A program made the position numbers and the translations under genes. Below, one piece after another: positions 17,004-25,837 of a DNA stretch of 34,787 nt. Below the pieces are notes generated by a model that saw only the letters and a list, made by a program, of their open reading frames with translations, was not told the DNA's origin and searched no databases. Source of the DNA: a virus (lineage: Duplodnaviria > Caudoviricetes); IMG/VR virus record IMGVR_UViG_3300032212_000099, positions 1 through 34,787 of that record. One strand, written 5' to 3'. The stretch's first letter is position 1. The number at the start of each line of letters is the position of its first letter.

Positions 17004-18848
17004 ATGGGTGGCGCGTACGAGAGCATGCGAGCGCCGGGAGCACCGGTGGACGACGGGCCAGGCCTCCTTGAGCCTCGGTATGTAGGCGTGGGTGCACAAC
17101 CTGGCCTCGGAGATGCTTTGCAGCGAGCCGCTCAGGCTCAGCAGGCCAAGACGGCCGCCCCGGACCAACTGCAACAGCAAGCGGAGGTCCACCTGGGGAG
17201 CCTGCAGTCCGCCCAACCAGCGCCCGGCCCCAGCTTCGGCGAACTTGCCGGAGCTGGGGCCGGCGCGGCCATGCGCGACGCTGGGGCCTTTGCCCGCATG
17301 GCCGACGCCAAGGTGACGACGCGCCACAGGCGGCCCACGTTCGAGGCCGATCGCCGCTTTGTCGAGGTGATGGGCGGCGACGGCGGCCGCGGCGAGGTTC
17401 CGCAGGATGAGCTCGCCAGGCAGGCGCAGGCGTACCAGACGGAGCGCTCCGCGCTCGAGGCCATGGGAGCAGGCCCCGAGGACATCGCGGCTCTGGACCA
17501 GCGCACGGCCGAGAAGCAACGAGATCTTGAGGCGCAGTATGGAGGCGTAGCTGGGGCCCAGTCCGTGGGCGCCGAGCGTGAGGTCGAGGCGGCCCAGGCC
17601 GCGCGCGAGGCTGCGGCAGGGCAAGCCGCGTACGTTGAGCAGCAAGGCGCCGAAATGGAGGCCCAGGCCGCAGCCCGCGAACAGGCAAGGCAGGAGCGCC
17701 AGTCCGCAGCGTTCGAGCGCTTGCAGAGGTTCGAGACAAAACTGGCTGAAGCTGCCGACGCTGTCGCGGAATCGCCCGCGATCGATGCGTCGCGCTGGTG
17801 GTCAAGCAAGTCGTCCGGGCAGAAGGCGCTGGCGTCTTTGTCGGCCGGGCTGCTCGCCCTTGGCGGCGTGTCGAATCCGTTCGGCCACCTGCAAAACGCG
17901 GTCAATCAGGACATTGCGGCCCAGCGGGCGAACCATAAGAAGCGGCTCGACACGTTCGGATCTCGTCGAACCGAGACGGACAACGCATCGCGGCTCTACG
18001 GGGAGTTCCTGCAGCTCACTGGGAACGAGCGTGAGGCGGACCTCATGGCCCAGCTATCCAAGTGGGACCAGATCGAGCGCACTGCCGAGGCGATCCGCCA
18101 GAAGCATGGGGCGCAGATCGGCGCCGCGCAGTCCGAGCAGATGATGGCGCAGATCCAAGCGCGAAAGGCCGAGCTCCGCCAGCAGTTGGAGCACGCCAAC
18201 GCGGCAAACACCGAGTACGCATACAAGACCCGGAACGTGCTCGGACGCGCCGAGCGGGAGATGTTCCGCGAGGCTTCGAAGCAAGGCGTCAAGAGAGCCG
18301 GTGAGCTGAAGCAGATGCCGTTCGAAATGGCGATGAAGAGCGCCGATGGCCCTTCGCCGGAGGAGCGAAGGATCGGGCTCGCAGAGCGAAAGTTCAAGTC
18401 CGATCAAATGAAGTGGGTAGCCGATAAAACGGCCGGATACCGAGAGGAACAGCGGCTGATCAGGGAGTTTCTTGGGAAGTACAAGGACGACATCCCAGGC
18501 GCGTTCCCAGGCGCGAACATACTGCCGAACGACATCACTCCAGCACAATCGGTGGCGAACGATGAGCTGCGAAGGATCGCGGACATTCGATTGAAGACGG
18601 ACTCGGGTGTGGGCGTGAGCGACAAGGAGAGGGAGCTCGCCACCAAAGACCTGCTCGAGACATGGTCCGAGGGGACCACTCGCGCCGCCCTTGAACGACG
18701 ACTGGAGGAGTCGAAGTCAAGGCAAGCGCACTACGAGCGCGCTCCGGAGCACGAGCTCGTGGAAGAGTACCGCCGGGCCCAACTTCCGGGGTTTGCCCCC
18801 GATTCATCTCGGTTCGGAGTGTCCGACCCAGTGCAGATTGACGAATGA
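17004..18848 (+). CDS. Internal virion/ejection protein (coiled coil)
   Basis: 614 aa, helical, one hydrophobic segment. Confidence 0.65.
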   Translation: MGGAYESMRAPGAPVDDGPGLLEPRYVGVGAQPGLGDALQRAAQAQQAKTAAPDQLQQQAEVHLGSLQSAQPAPGPSFGELAGAGAGAAMRDAGAFARMADAKVTTRHRRPTFEADRRFVEVMGGDGGRGEVPQDELARQAQAYQTERSALEAMGAGPEDIAALDQRTAEKQRDLEAQYGGVAGAQSVGAEREVEAAQAAREAAAGQAAYVEQQGAEMEAQAAAREQARQERQSAAFERLQRFETKLAEAADAVAESPAIDASRWWSSKSSGQKALASLSAGLLALGGVSNPFGHLQNAVNQDIAAQRANHKKRLDTFGSRRTETDNASRLYGEFLQLTGNEREADLMAQLSKWDQIERTAEAIRQKHGAQIGAAQSEQMMAQIQARKAELRQQLEHANAANTEYAYKTRNVLGRAEREMFREASKQGVKRAGELKQMPFEMAMKSADGPSPEERRIGLAERKFKSDQMKWVADKTAGYREEQRLIREFLGKYKDDIPGAFPGANILPNDITPAQSVANDELRRIADIRLKTDSGVGVSDKERELATKDLLETWSEGTTRAALERRLEESKSRQAHYERAPEHELVEEYRRAQLPGFAPDSSRFGVSDPVQIDE

Positions 18849-21667
18849 CCCAGCCCGCCCCACTGCCGCCGGATTCTGTTCCGGTCCAGACCCACGCCGG
18901 GGACACGATCGGGGTGTCGCCGGCGGAGGCTCAGCGCGCGTATGCCCAGGGCAACGCGACGTTGCGGGGGCAGGTGCGGGTTGCCAAGGGGCAGCAGACC
19001 GGCACCGTCGACGCCAGCCAGCTGCAAGGCGCCCTAGCCAACGATTGGCGGGTGATCGGCGACCAAGAGGCGGCGCAGATCAAGCTCGACCGCGAGGAAA
19101 GCTCGGCGGCAGCCCAAATCCAAGGCGGCGCCGAGGCTCTGGCCCGCGGGGCGACGGTTGGGCTGTCAGACGTAGCCATTGCAGGCCTCGGCGGGGACGC
19201 TGAGAGGCTCGCGGCGAGAAAAAAGCACCTCGGAGCTGGGGCCGACCTGTTGGAGGTCGGCGGCGCCATCGCCCCGGCGTTCCTCACCGGCGGAGCATCG
19301 GCCGGGGCCCAGACGGCCGGGCGCCTTGGCATGGCCGCCCGCACCGCCGCCCGCCTGTCCCCCGCCGGAGCCCTGGAGCTCGGCGCGTCTGCACTGGGAC
19401 GAGGCGCCGCGGCCAGGTTCGGCGGCGGCGCCTTGGCGCGCGTGGGAGGCATGGCGACTGCCGGCGCCGTTGAGGGCGCGGCCAGCGGTCTCGGGGCGCA
19501 CATCAGCGAGGCAACCCTCGGTGATCAGGACATCGTTTCGGAGCGGGCGCTCATGCGCATGGCCGAGGGGTTCGTGGTCGGCGGAGCCTCGGGCGTGCTC
19601 CTGCCCGGCATGGTCGAGGGCGCGCGACGTGGCGCGAAGATCCCAGTGCAGGCGACGCGAAAGATCCTCTCCAGGGCGGCCGACGTCGCCCCAGACTCGC
19701 TCCCCGACTTCATGGTCAAGGCGATGGCCGGCGGCTCTGCGAAGTCCGAGGAGGGGATCCGCAACACCGTATCCCGGATCTTCAAGAGCAAGGAGTCGCG
19801 CGCGCAGCTCCACCGCGCATGGAACGACCGCGCGGGATGGGAGGCCGAAGGGGCGGGGGTTGTCCGAACTGCAGCGAAAGAGTTTCAGACCGACATCGAC
19901 GGGCTGATCCAAAAGTCGGAAGGATTGGCGCGACGTGACGCTGTCTCCAAGCGCTTGCCAGGCACGGCGCGTTCTGCCGACATCGCGGAGGAGCTCGACG
20001 GAATACACACCGGGCTGTCCCGTAGGATTGAGGAAGCCCGCGCATCGGGGGAAGCGATTCCCGCGAGGCTCGAAGCGTTCCGCAAGCGCTTGGAGACGGC
20101 AGTTTACGATGCTGCAGACGCCGATTCTGCCGCAGATGCATACATGGTTGCCCTCCGGGTCAAGCGCGACGCGTTCGCGAAGATCAACGAGTGGACCCCG
20201 ACGAAGTTCGGCAAGCGTGTTCAGGTGTCGGACATCGAGAATATCAACCTGCGCGAGACGATCACGGCGATGCGCGGCAGCGTGATCGATCGCGTGGAAG
20301 GTGGGGTCCTGTCCAACCAGGAGAAGTTCGGGGATGCAGCGAAGTGGTACCGGGAGATGGCCGATGCTGATCGGAAGGTGTTCAACCTCAAGGCCGACCC
20401 CGTATCGAGGCGTATCATCAGGGGCGAGGCGTCCGACGCGGATGCAATCACATTCGCTCGGCGCGTGAGCAGCCCTCGGCACGCGGACAACCTGGAGACG
20501 GTAGACACCTACTTCGACGACCAGATCAACGCGCTCCGCAAGCGGGCTGAGTTTCACGATTCTGACGAGCTGCGCTCGGCGATCAAGAGCCTAGAGCGCT
20601 CCCGCGACAAGTTTCGAGGGGCCGTCAAGGACCAGGTCGAGATGGCGGACATTCTCGACGCCACCAAATCCATGGGGCTCGGGGGTACCCTTTCTGGGAT
20701 GATTGCGGCGGCCGGACCCTCCGGGGCCATGGTAACCGGAGGGATCCTTGGAGGGCTGCCAGGCGCAGCCGTTGGCGGCGCGCTCAACATGATCGCCCGG
20801 CCACAGCAGACCCTGCGCACGCTGGGCACCGTGCTGCACATGGCCGATCGAGCCGGCCTCGACGTGGACAGAGTGACCGGCAAGTTCCGGTCGAAGATCA
20901 CCGGCAAGGGAAAGGCAGCCAAGGCGACCCGCAGCGCTGCCAAGGAAGCAGTCGCGGAGCGCAAGGCGCGGCGAGAGAAGCGACCGAGCCGACGCGTGCC
21001 GGCACGGATCGCCGCGAGGTCTGCGATCCTGTCGATGTCCGACGATCGGACCAAAGAGCAGGAGTCTACGCGAGACCGGCTGCAGCTCCTCGCATCCAAC
21101 CCCGCCGCGCTGCAGGCGTCGTTGGCCGAGACTATGGCCGCGCTCGATGACGACGCCCCCGAGCTGGCCGCAGCCATACAGGTCTCGTCCCAGCGAGCCG
21201 CAGCCTTCCTCGCGAGCAAGGCCCCGAACGTGCACACTCCACCGCCCGGGGGCGGACCGCCGATCGTGGACCGCGTAGCAGCCGACAAGTTCGATCGCTA
21301 CCTCGATGCGGTTCTCGATCCGATCGGGACGATGGAGGAGCTTGCCGACGGCACCATGGGAATCGAGGCCATCGAAGCGCTCGAGGTGGTGTACCCGAAG
21401 CACTTCGAGGCACTGCAGGCGATGATGCTTGAGGTGCTTGGAGAGTCCGCGGAGGTCGGGAAGAAGATTCCCTACCGGATGCGGATGCAGATGTCGTTGT
21501 TTGGCCTGCCGACAGTTGGCAGGCCCGCCCCATCCACGGGGCAAGCCGAGGAAGATGCCGAGGCAATGGAGCGAGCAAAGCCGAGGAGGCTCAAGACCCC
21601 GAAGGAGCCCATGGGCGGGAACCTCGGGACCAACATCTCCCGGCTAGAGGGAGGGATCGAGGCGTGA
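18845..21667 (+). CDS. Large internal virion/ejection protein
   Basis: 940 aa; ARGATVGLSD motif and Gly/Ala-rich hydrophobic helices. Confidence 0.7.
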   Translation: MTQPAPLPPDSVPVQTHAGDTIGVSPAEAQRAYAQGNATLRGQVRVAKGQQTGTVDASQLQGALANDWRVIGDQEAAQIKLDREESSAAAQIQGGAEALARGATVGLSDVAIAGLGGDAERLAARKKHLGAGADLLEVGGAIAPAFLTGGASAGAQTAGRLGMAARTAARLSPAGALELGASALGRGAAARFGGGALARVGGMATAGAVEGAASGLGAHISEATLGDQDIVSERALMRMAEGFVVGGASGVLLPGMVEGARRGAKIPVQATRKILSRAADVAPDSLPDFMVKAMAGGSAKSEEGIRNTVSRIFKSKESRAQLHRAWNDRAGWEAEGAGVVRTAAKEFQTDIDGLIQKSEGLARRDAVSKRLPGTARSADIAEELDGIHTGLSRRIEEARASGEAIPARLEAFRKRLETAVYDAADADSAADAYMVALRVKRDAFAKINEWTPTKFGKRVQVSDIENINLRETITAMRGSVIDRVEGGVLSNQEKFGDAAKWYREMADADRKVFNLKADPVSRRIIRGEASDADAITFARRVSSPRHADNLETVDTYFDDQINALRKRAEFHDSDELRSAIKSLERSRDKFRGAVKDQVEMADILDATKSMGLGGTLSGMIAAAGPSGAMVTGGILGGLPGAAVGGALNMIARPQQTLRTLGTVLHMADRAGLDVDRVTGKFRSKITGKGKAAKATRSAAKEAVAERKARREKRPSRRVPARIAARSAILSMSDDRTKEQESTRDRLQLLASNPAALQASLAETMAALDDDAPELAAAIQVSSQRAAAFLASKAPNVHTPPPGGGPPIVDRVAADKFDRYLDAVLDPIGTMEELADGTMGIEAIEALEVVYPKHFEALQAMMLEVLGESAEVGKKIPYRMRMQMSLFGLPTVGRPAPSTGQAEEDAEAMERAKPRRLKTPKEPMGGNLGTNISRLEGGIEA

Positions 21668-21671
21668 GGCC

Positions 21672-22079
21672 ATGGCCCGCGACAAACTCCTACGCACAAA
21701 GACGGATTACACGGACGACGACGACTGGGCGGGTGACGTAAGCCTCACCGTACCGGTTGCAGATCAGGACCCCGGTCGACTCAGGGAACACGGACTCAAC
21801 GGCCCGGTTACCCAGATCGAGATCGTCGTCGTCGCTACCGACGGAACCGACCAGGTCGACCCAGCTGCCGGATCGTTCGACCTGCAGCTCGTTCGCCTGT
21901 TCTCTCGCGCGGACGGATCGGTGGCCAAAGCGGGGTCCGACACTCTGACCAGCCAAGCCTTCGGGACCATGATTCGGGTGCCGTTCAACGGCGGCGACTT
22001 CACGGTCCGGCTCTCGAACCTCACAGCACCGGCCGGCGGCACCCAGGTAGAGATCTGGTACCGCCTCGTCTCGGAGTAG
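21672..22079 (+). CDS. Virion structural protein
   Basis: 135-aa beta-rich ORF. Confidence 0.6.
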   Translation: MARDKLLRTKTDYTDDDDWAGDVSLTVPVADQDPGRLREHGLNGPVTQIEIVVVATDGTDQVDPAAGSFDLQLVRLFSRADGSVAKAGSDTLTSQAFGTMIRVPFNGGDFTVRLSNLTAPAGGTQVEIWYRLVSE

Positions 22080-22085
22080 CTCACC

Positions 22086-23747
22086 GTGGGCCTCGTAACG
22101 CCGAAGCTACTAGCCGCAGTGCTCTCGACGGCGCTGCTTGTAACGCCGAAGCTCGTCCCGACTTCTGACACGGCAAGCGAGACGCTCGAGGTGACGTACC
22201 CGCCAGCCTCGTGGCTCGGGTACGTCATGACGGCGGCGCTGGAGGGCACCGACGGTTCGACCCTCGCGGGGACATTCCACACCGTCGGGACGGATTACTA
22301 CGTCTGGTACTCGCACCACGACGGCACGGAGTACGTCGGCGTAGATCCCGGCGACCGCGAGCCGTCTCTGGCTGGCATGACCGGCGTCGAGGTCCAGCTC
22401 GCCGCCGGCAACCACACGACCACATCGGTCGCAACGGCCACCGAGACCGCGTGGAATGCCGCCGGCACCGGGATCTCGATCGTGAGAGCCAGCGGGGTCG
22501 GGACGTACACCGGGAGCATAGACGCCGCGGCGTCGTTCGCCGGAGGTACATGGGACACGCGGTCGGCTGGACACGGCGGCCTCGGCACGACCGACATGAT
22601 CTCGACGTCGTCGTTTGCTGTCGACTCCACGCGGTGGATGCAGATCGACCCCGCGAACGTCCCGAGCGTGGCGTTCTCGATTACCGGCGTAGAGGTGCTC
22701 CGCGCCAACGACATCACGAACCCCGTGCGGCTCATGGTGGCCGTTGGAGGAGCAGACGGCGATCCGGAGAACGCCGTCGTGGTTGCGCAGAAAGTCGTGG
22801 CCTCTCCGGCCGCGATCGACAGCTGGGCCGGGGCGCACTTCTCGGCCGCCGAGGCACAACACTTCGCTGCCGCCGCTGCGCCGACGCTGTGGATCGGCAT
22901 ACAGGGCGACGGGGCTACGAGCGCGATCAGTGCGGAGAACAACGCCGCAGCCCATGGTGAGTTCTTGGTCACGACGGGAACCGTCTTGTACGTGACCGGA
23001 GAGCAGACCGGCTCGGCCACGGCTGCCGATTCTCCCGTCGGGCCCGTGACGAGCTCGAACGGGTTCGCGATCTTCTGTCGGCTGAAGATCCAGACCGGAC
23101 CGAACTGGTACGGCGACGGCAGTTGGCGGTCGTGGTGCGGCCCAACCGAGGGGCGCAACGACACATTTGGGAGCACGAGCAACGTCAACTCCATCTGGGT
23201 TTCATGGGCGTGGGCTCTGCCCAACATCGAGGACATGATGGTTTATGAGTGCGGGTTCAGCTTCGGCGCCCACGCGAGTGACCAGCAGTTTCGCGTCGAG
23301 CTATGGGCAGACACGGCAGACATCACCGACGCAGACACGGACACGATCCTGCACGACTTCGGCGAGACCAGCGGCAGCGCAACGGGGCAGTACTACTACT
23401 CGCCAACGCCGTTCTCGCTCACCGGAAACCAGCAGGTGCGGATCGACGTGAAGGGAACCAACACCGGCGTCGGTGGCCCAGGCGCATCCACGTTTGAGTT
23501 CAACGTGGGAGATCAGGACGAGATCAACACTCCGGACGACTGGGGGTGGCCGGCTGGTAGCGCCAGCGCTGGCGCCTCGGAGGTGGAATACACAGCAGCG
23601 AACGGTGAGACCGTGATTGAGTTCGAGTCAAACACCGCGACGACATCCCCGCTTGCGCCGGACTCAGTCGCGCTCACGCCCGGGAACTCCGGATCGCTGA
23701 GTATGCAAATAGGACACGCCGGCTTCGCGCTGGTCGCCAACCCTTAG
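22086..23747 (+). CDS. Tail fibre/receptor-binding-like virion protein
   Basis: 553 aa, Thr/Gly/Ser/Ala-rich; YYVWY...VDP...TGVEV...SVATA motif; position in tail module. Confidence 0.6.
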   Translation: MGLVTPKLLAAVLSTALLVTPKLVPTSDTASETLEVTYPPASWLGYVMTAALEGTDGSTLAGTFHTVGTDYYVWYSHHDGTEYVGVDPGDREPSLAGMTGVEVQLAAGNHTTTSVATATETAWNAAGTGISIVRASGVGTYTGSIDAAASFAGGTWDTRSAGHGGLGTTDMISTSSFAVDSTRWMQIDPANVPSVAFSITGVEVLRANDITNPVRLMVAVGGADGDPENAVVVAQKVVASPAAIDSWAGAHFSAAEAQHFAAAAAPTLWIGIQGDGATSAISAENNAAAHGEFLVTTGTVLYVTGEQTGSATAADSPVGPVTSSNGFAIFCRLKIQTGPNWYGDGSWRSWCGPTEGRNDTFGSTSNVNSIWVSWAWALPNIEDMMVYECGFSFGAHASDQQFRVELWADTADITDADTDTILHDFGETSGSATGQYYYSPTPFSLTGNQQVRIDVKGTNTGVGGPGASTFEFNVGDQDEINTPDDWGWPAGSASAGASEVEYTAANGETVIEFESNTATTSPLAPDSVALTPGNSGSLSMQIGHAGFALVANP

Positions 23748-23758
23748 GAGCAAAGAAG

Positions 23759-24163
23759 ATGCCAAAACGAAGCGCAGCCGCACAGGCGGCACACGACAAA
23801 GTGAGCGAGATGATGGCAGGTGTAGCTGCCGGCAAAGAGGCATCATCCGCCCTCGACTTTTTCTTGACACACGAGTGCTGCGACCTCGACGAGGAATGTC
23901 GCGCGGAGGTGATCGAGACGCTCGAGCCCATGAAAAAGGAGGTCTACGGATACGCAGGGCTGTTCGCGAAACTGCGCCTCGACCAACAGATCAAGGCCGT
24001 AGAGTCTGACCTCGGAGCAGTGCCGTCCCCAGACGTGCTGGAGGTCTTGGGTTACGCCGATTCGGTGATCGAGTACGGAGAGCCGAGGGACCGGGAGGAT
24101 CTCACCAAGGCCATGAAGCTGATCAAGCTGCGCATGCGGCGACTTGAAGGAGGATCGAAGTGA
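23759..24163 (+). CDS. Hypothetical helical protein (possible chaperone)
   Basis: AGGAG SD; 134 aa. Confidence 0.65.
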   Translation: MPKRSAAAQAAHDKVSEMMAGVAAGKEASSALDFFLTHECCDLDEECRAEVIETLEPMKKEVYGYAGLFAKLRLDQQIKAVESDLGAVPSPDVLEVLGYADSVIEYGEPRDREDLTKAMKLIKLRMRRLEGGSK

Positions 24164-24345
24164 AGGACAGGCTCAAATCTCGCAAATGGTGGATCACGAC
24201 GGCCGCGATCCTGTTGGTGGCGTTCGCCAAACAGCTCGGGATCGATATCGCCCCGGAGACCATATGGCAGCTCGTGGCACTCGTCACGGGCTACAACGCA
24301 AGTCAAGCCATGGTCGACAGGGCCAAGGCATCAATGCCGGAGTAG
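24160..24345 (+). CDS. Holin
   Basis: RLKSRKWW followed by two TM helices. Confidence 0.8.
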   Translation: MKDRLKSRKWWITTAAILLVAFAKQLGIDIAPETIWQLVALVTGYNASQAMVDRAKASMPE

Positions 24346-24353
24346 GCTTCGGC

Positions 24354-24704
24354 ATGCTCGATGTCATCCTGGCCGTCACCGAGTCTCCCGTTGCCGCCGT
24401 GGCAGACCCAGCCGCGTCGGTGGTAAATGGTCTCGGAGGTGCCGGGGCGATCGGCTACTTTCTGTGGCGGATCTCCAAGATCCTGGAGACGAGCCGGACC
24501 GAGTTCAAGGCGGCAGCCGAAAAAGCCCACGGTGACATGACCTCTCACTGGCGCGAGGAGGAGAAACTCCTGCGCGAGGTCAAGGAGGCCATGGAGAAGG
24601 CCGATGACAACCGGAAGGTGGCCGAGGCTCTGCAAGAGATGCAGCTGCGCATCGGGAAGATCGAGCGCGGTGAGTCCGAGCGCTCTGGGGTCCGCAGCGC
24701 TTGA
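24354..24704 (+). CDS. TM + coiled-coil lysis accessory (holin/antiholin-like)
   Basis: GLGGAGAIGYFLW TM segment, then a coiled coil. Confidence 0.6.
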   Translation: MLDVILAVTESPVAAVADPAASVVNGLGGAGAIGYFLWRISKILETSRTEFKAAAEKAHGDMTSHWREEEKLLREVKEAMEKADDNRKVAEALQEMQLRIGKIERGESERSGVRSA

Positions 24705-24729
24705 ACAAGCGGTCCTATGACTACACACT
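24701..24729 (+). promoter_or_regulatory. Sigma70-like promoter for a leaderless transcript
   Basis: TTGAAC-17 nt-CACACT-6 nt-GTG 24736. Confidence 0.55.
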
Positions 24730-24735
24730 CAACAC

Positions 24736-24942
24736 GTGGAGTTCTTCATCGTGTTCAAGGGCGACAAATACGGGCCGCACTTCGGAGTGCCGCCCGCCGA
24801 GGGCGAACTGGTCGAGGTTGTGAAGGGGCCCGACGTAATCGGGCTCGGCAAAGTCACGCAAAGCGTGCTCGTCTGCGACCACTCGACGGACCCCGGCACG
24901 GTCACCACGCGCGTAACCGTGCTTCCAGCCGAGCTAGTCTAG
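24736..24942 (+). CDS. Small beta-rich hypothetical protein
   Basis: 68 aa with its own promoter candidate. Confidence 0.65.
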   Translation: MEFFIVFKGDKYGPHFGVPPAEGELVEVVKGPDVIGLGKVTQSVLVCDHSTDPGTVTTRVTVLPAELV

Positions 24943-25626
24943 CTCGCAGACGCAGCGCATTGATTCGCCTTCGGGAATCTCGTTCTGGCACCACGTCGTG
25001 GTTGTCCCGTATCCGTCCGATGGCTCACCGCAGGCTCCGCTGCTCTCCATTGTCCCGAAACAAGAGCTGTAGCCGTTGTCTTCGCACCAGCCCTCACAAG
25101 TTCCTGCGTATCGCTCTTTCTCGAAAGCGGTGTAGCCGTACAGGCATTCGGAGTAGGCGACCCGCTTGACGCTTCCGCCAGCCGGCGCATCCGCATCCGG
25201 ATCGTAGTCGAGGCACATGCAATCGAGGCTGTGATCGGCCCAGTTTATGCTGCTGTTGCAGAAACTTGCGTCCCAGATCGGATCGGAGATGGATCCGATG
25301 CACGATTTGGTCTCGTAGTGAGCACGCCCAGCCAAGCACTGGTCGTACCCGCGCTCTGAACACCACATCCCGCAGTCGTACTCAAGTCCGTCTTGTGGCA
25401 GGCACTCAGACTGGACGATCGAGATCAGTCCTTCCGCTGGCCCCAGGTCGAACCCCGTCGAGCTTCCGCCGGAGCTCTCGTCGTCCCCGCCGGACGACCC
25501 GCCCTCGGTCTCCTCGCCGGCGCCCGACGTCCCCGCATCGTTCCCGACCAGGCCTGGCTCGTCGTCGGCCACAGGGCCGCACCCAAGTGTAAGCGCCGTC
25601 ACTACGGCAGCGATTGAACGTCGCAC
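24934..25626 (-). CDS. Cys-rich lipoprotein (moron)
   Basis: MRRSIAAVVTALTLG-C lipobox; Gly/Ser/acidic linker ending GSSTGFDLG; two 8-Cys repeats. Confidence 0.8.
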   Translation of the reverse strand: MRRSIAAVVTALTLGCGPVADDEPGLVGNDAGTSGAGEETEGGSSGGDDESSGGSSTGFDLGPAEGLISIVQSECLPQDGLEYDCGMWCSERGYDQCLAGRAHYETKSCIGSISDPIWDASFCNSSINWADHSLDCMCLDYDPDADAPAGGSVKRVAYSECLYGYTAFEKERYAGTCEGWCEDNGYSSCFGTMESSGACGEPSDGYGTTTTWCQNEIPEGESMRCVCELD

Positions 25627-25657
25627 TCCCTGATAGTGACCCAGCAGGCCCAACCGA

Positions 25658-25837
25658 TCACGCGGAATCTTCAGAGAGCCTCCGGTGCCGTCGCCAGGCT
25701 ACGAGACCGGCGGTTGCCCCCGTCTTGCTGTGGTGCGGCCTGGAGCGCACGAGAGAGCCGTCTGGAGCCACCACGGACCAATACCACCAGCTTCGCAGTA
25801 GGTACACGCGCTCGCGCCACGTCGACAGAGCGCTCAT
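25658..25837 (-). CDS. Hypothetical protein
   Basis: ATGA-coupled 59-aa ORF. Confidence 0.55.
   Translation of the reverse strand: MSALSTWRERVYLLRSWWYWSVVAPDGSLVRSRPHHSKTGATAGLVAWRRHRRLSEDSA

Noticed and set aside
7298-23236. Long antisense ORFs (e.g. 7298-8611, 16338-17645, 19166-20557, 22298-23236)
   Set aside because: These are GC-rich mirror frames of well-supported plus-strand structural genes.
22086-23747. Diversity-generating retroelement target in the tail protein
   Set aside because: No reverse transcriptase and no TR/VR repeat pair were seen in the window.
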